Assembly: GCF_963921235.1 (NCBI RefSeq)
Contig: NC_086108.1
Location: 15,128,001-15,192,000 of the forward strand
DNA: 64,000 nt
Reading direction: 5' to 3'
Source of the DNA: Mobula hypostoma
Taxonomy: Eukaryota
Shown: one piece after another, positions 63,910-64,000 of the stretch
Layout: each line of letters begins with the position of its first letter
Numbering within the stretch: position 1 is the first letter of the stretch
Made by a program: the position numbers and the translations under genes
The notes under the pieces: model-generated
Told to the model about the DNA's origin: nothing
Seen by the model: the letters and a program-made list of their open reading frames with translations, nothing else
Database searches by the model: none

Positions 63910-64000
63910 TTTCCTGAAAATTTTGTTTGATATACTCCAGTATGGAATGTTTTAGAATATCTTTCTCCAATGTGGAATGTAGCTTTTTTCCTTTGTAATG

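Larger units (their letters stand above)
59302..63930 (+). other. RC3H1: Probable long 3' UTR of RC3H1 (end uncertain)
   Basis: Follows the stop codon and has almost no recognisable TEs, unlike the introns. AATAAA at 61315, 61534 and 63904. Confidence 0.5.

Noticed and set aside
59302..64000. Short ORFs on both strands downstream of the stop codon
   Set aside because: They have no recognisable domains or coherent exon structure and are consistent with random ORFs in UTR or intergenic DNA.

Overview
Eukaryotic vertebrate DNA. The repeat families suggest a cartilaginous fish, probably a ray or skate (inference). Bases 1-~37,820 are one uninterrupted G-rich tandem array of a 30-bp unit (GACTCTGGGCCAGGTTGGGGATGAATGGTT, about 1,260 copies) with clear higher-order structure; nearly all ORFs called there are artefacts of the 30-bp period. 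The rest holds the last seven coding exons of a Roquin gene (best match RC3H1, + strand, 41595-59301, GT-AG introns in consistent phase) and a long, largely TE-free probable 3' UTR containing a candidate Roquin-binding CDE stem-loop. The first exon is internal, so the array most likely lies inside an RC3H1 intron. The introns are TE-dense: an L1 inside a CR1 (8-bp TSD); a four-level nest (CR1 > Tc1 > hAT/Buster > Rex1/Babar-like LINE); a young CR1 with an intact RT ORF inserted into an old CR1 near the homologous position; a ~98% identical inverted CR1 pair flanking four exons; and Penelope-type fold-back remnants with degenerate hammerhead-ribozyme cores. Family assignments come from recognised motifs and recalled sequences; no searches were run.
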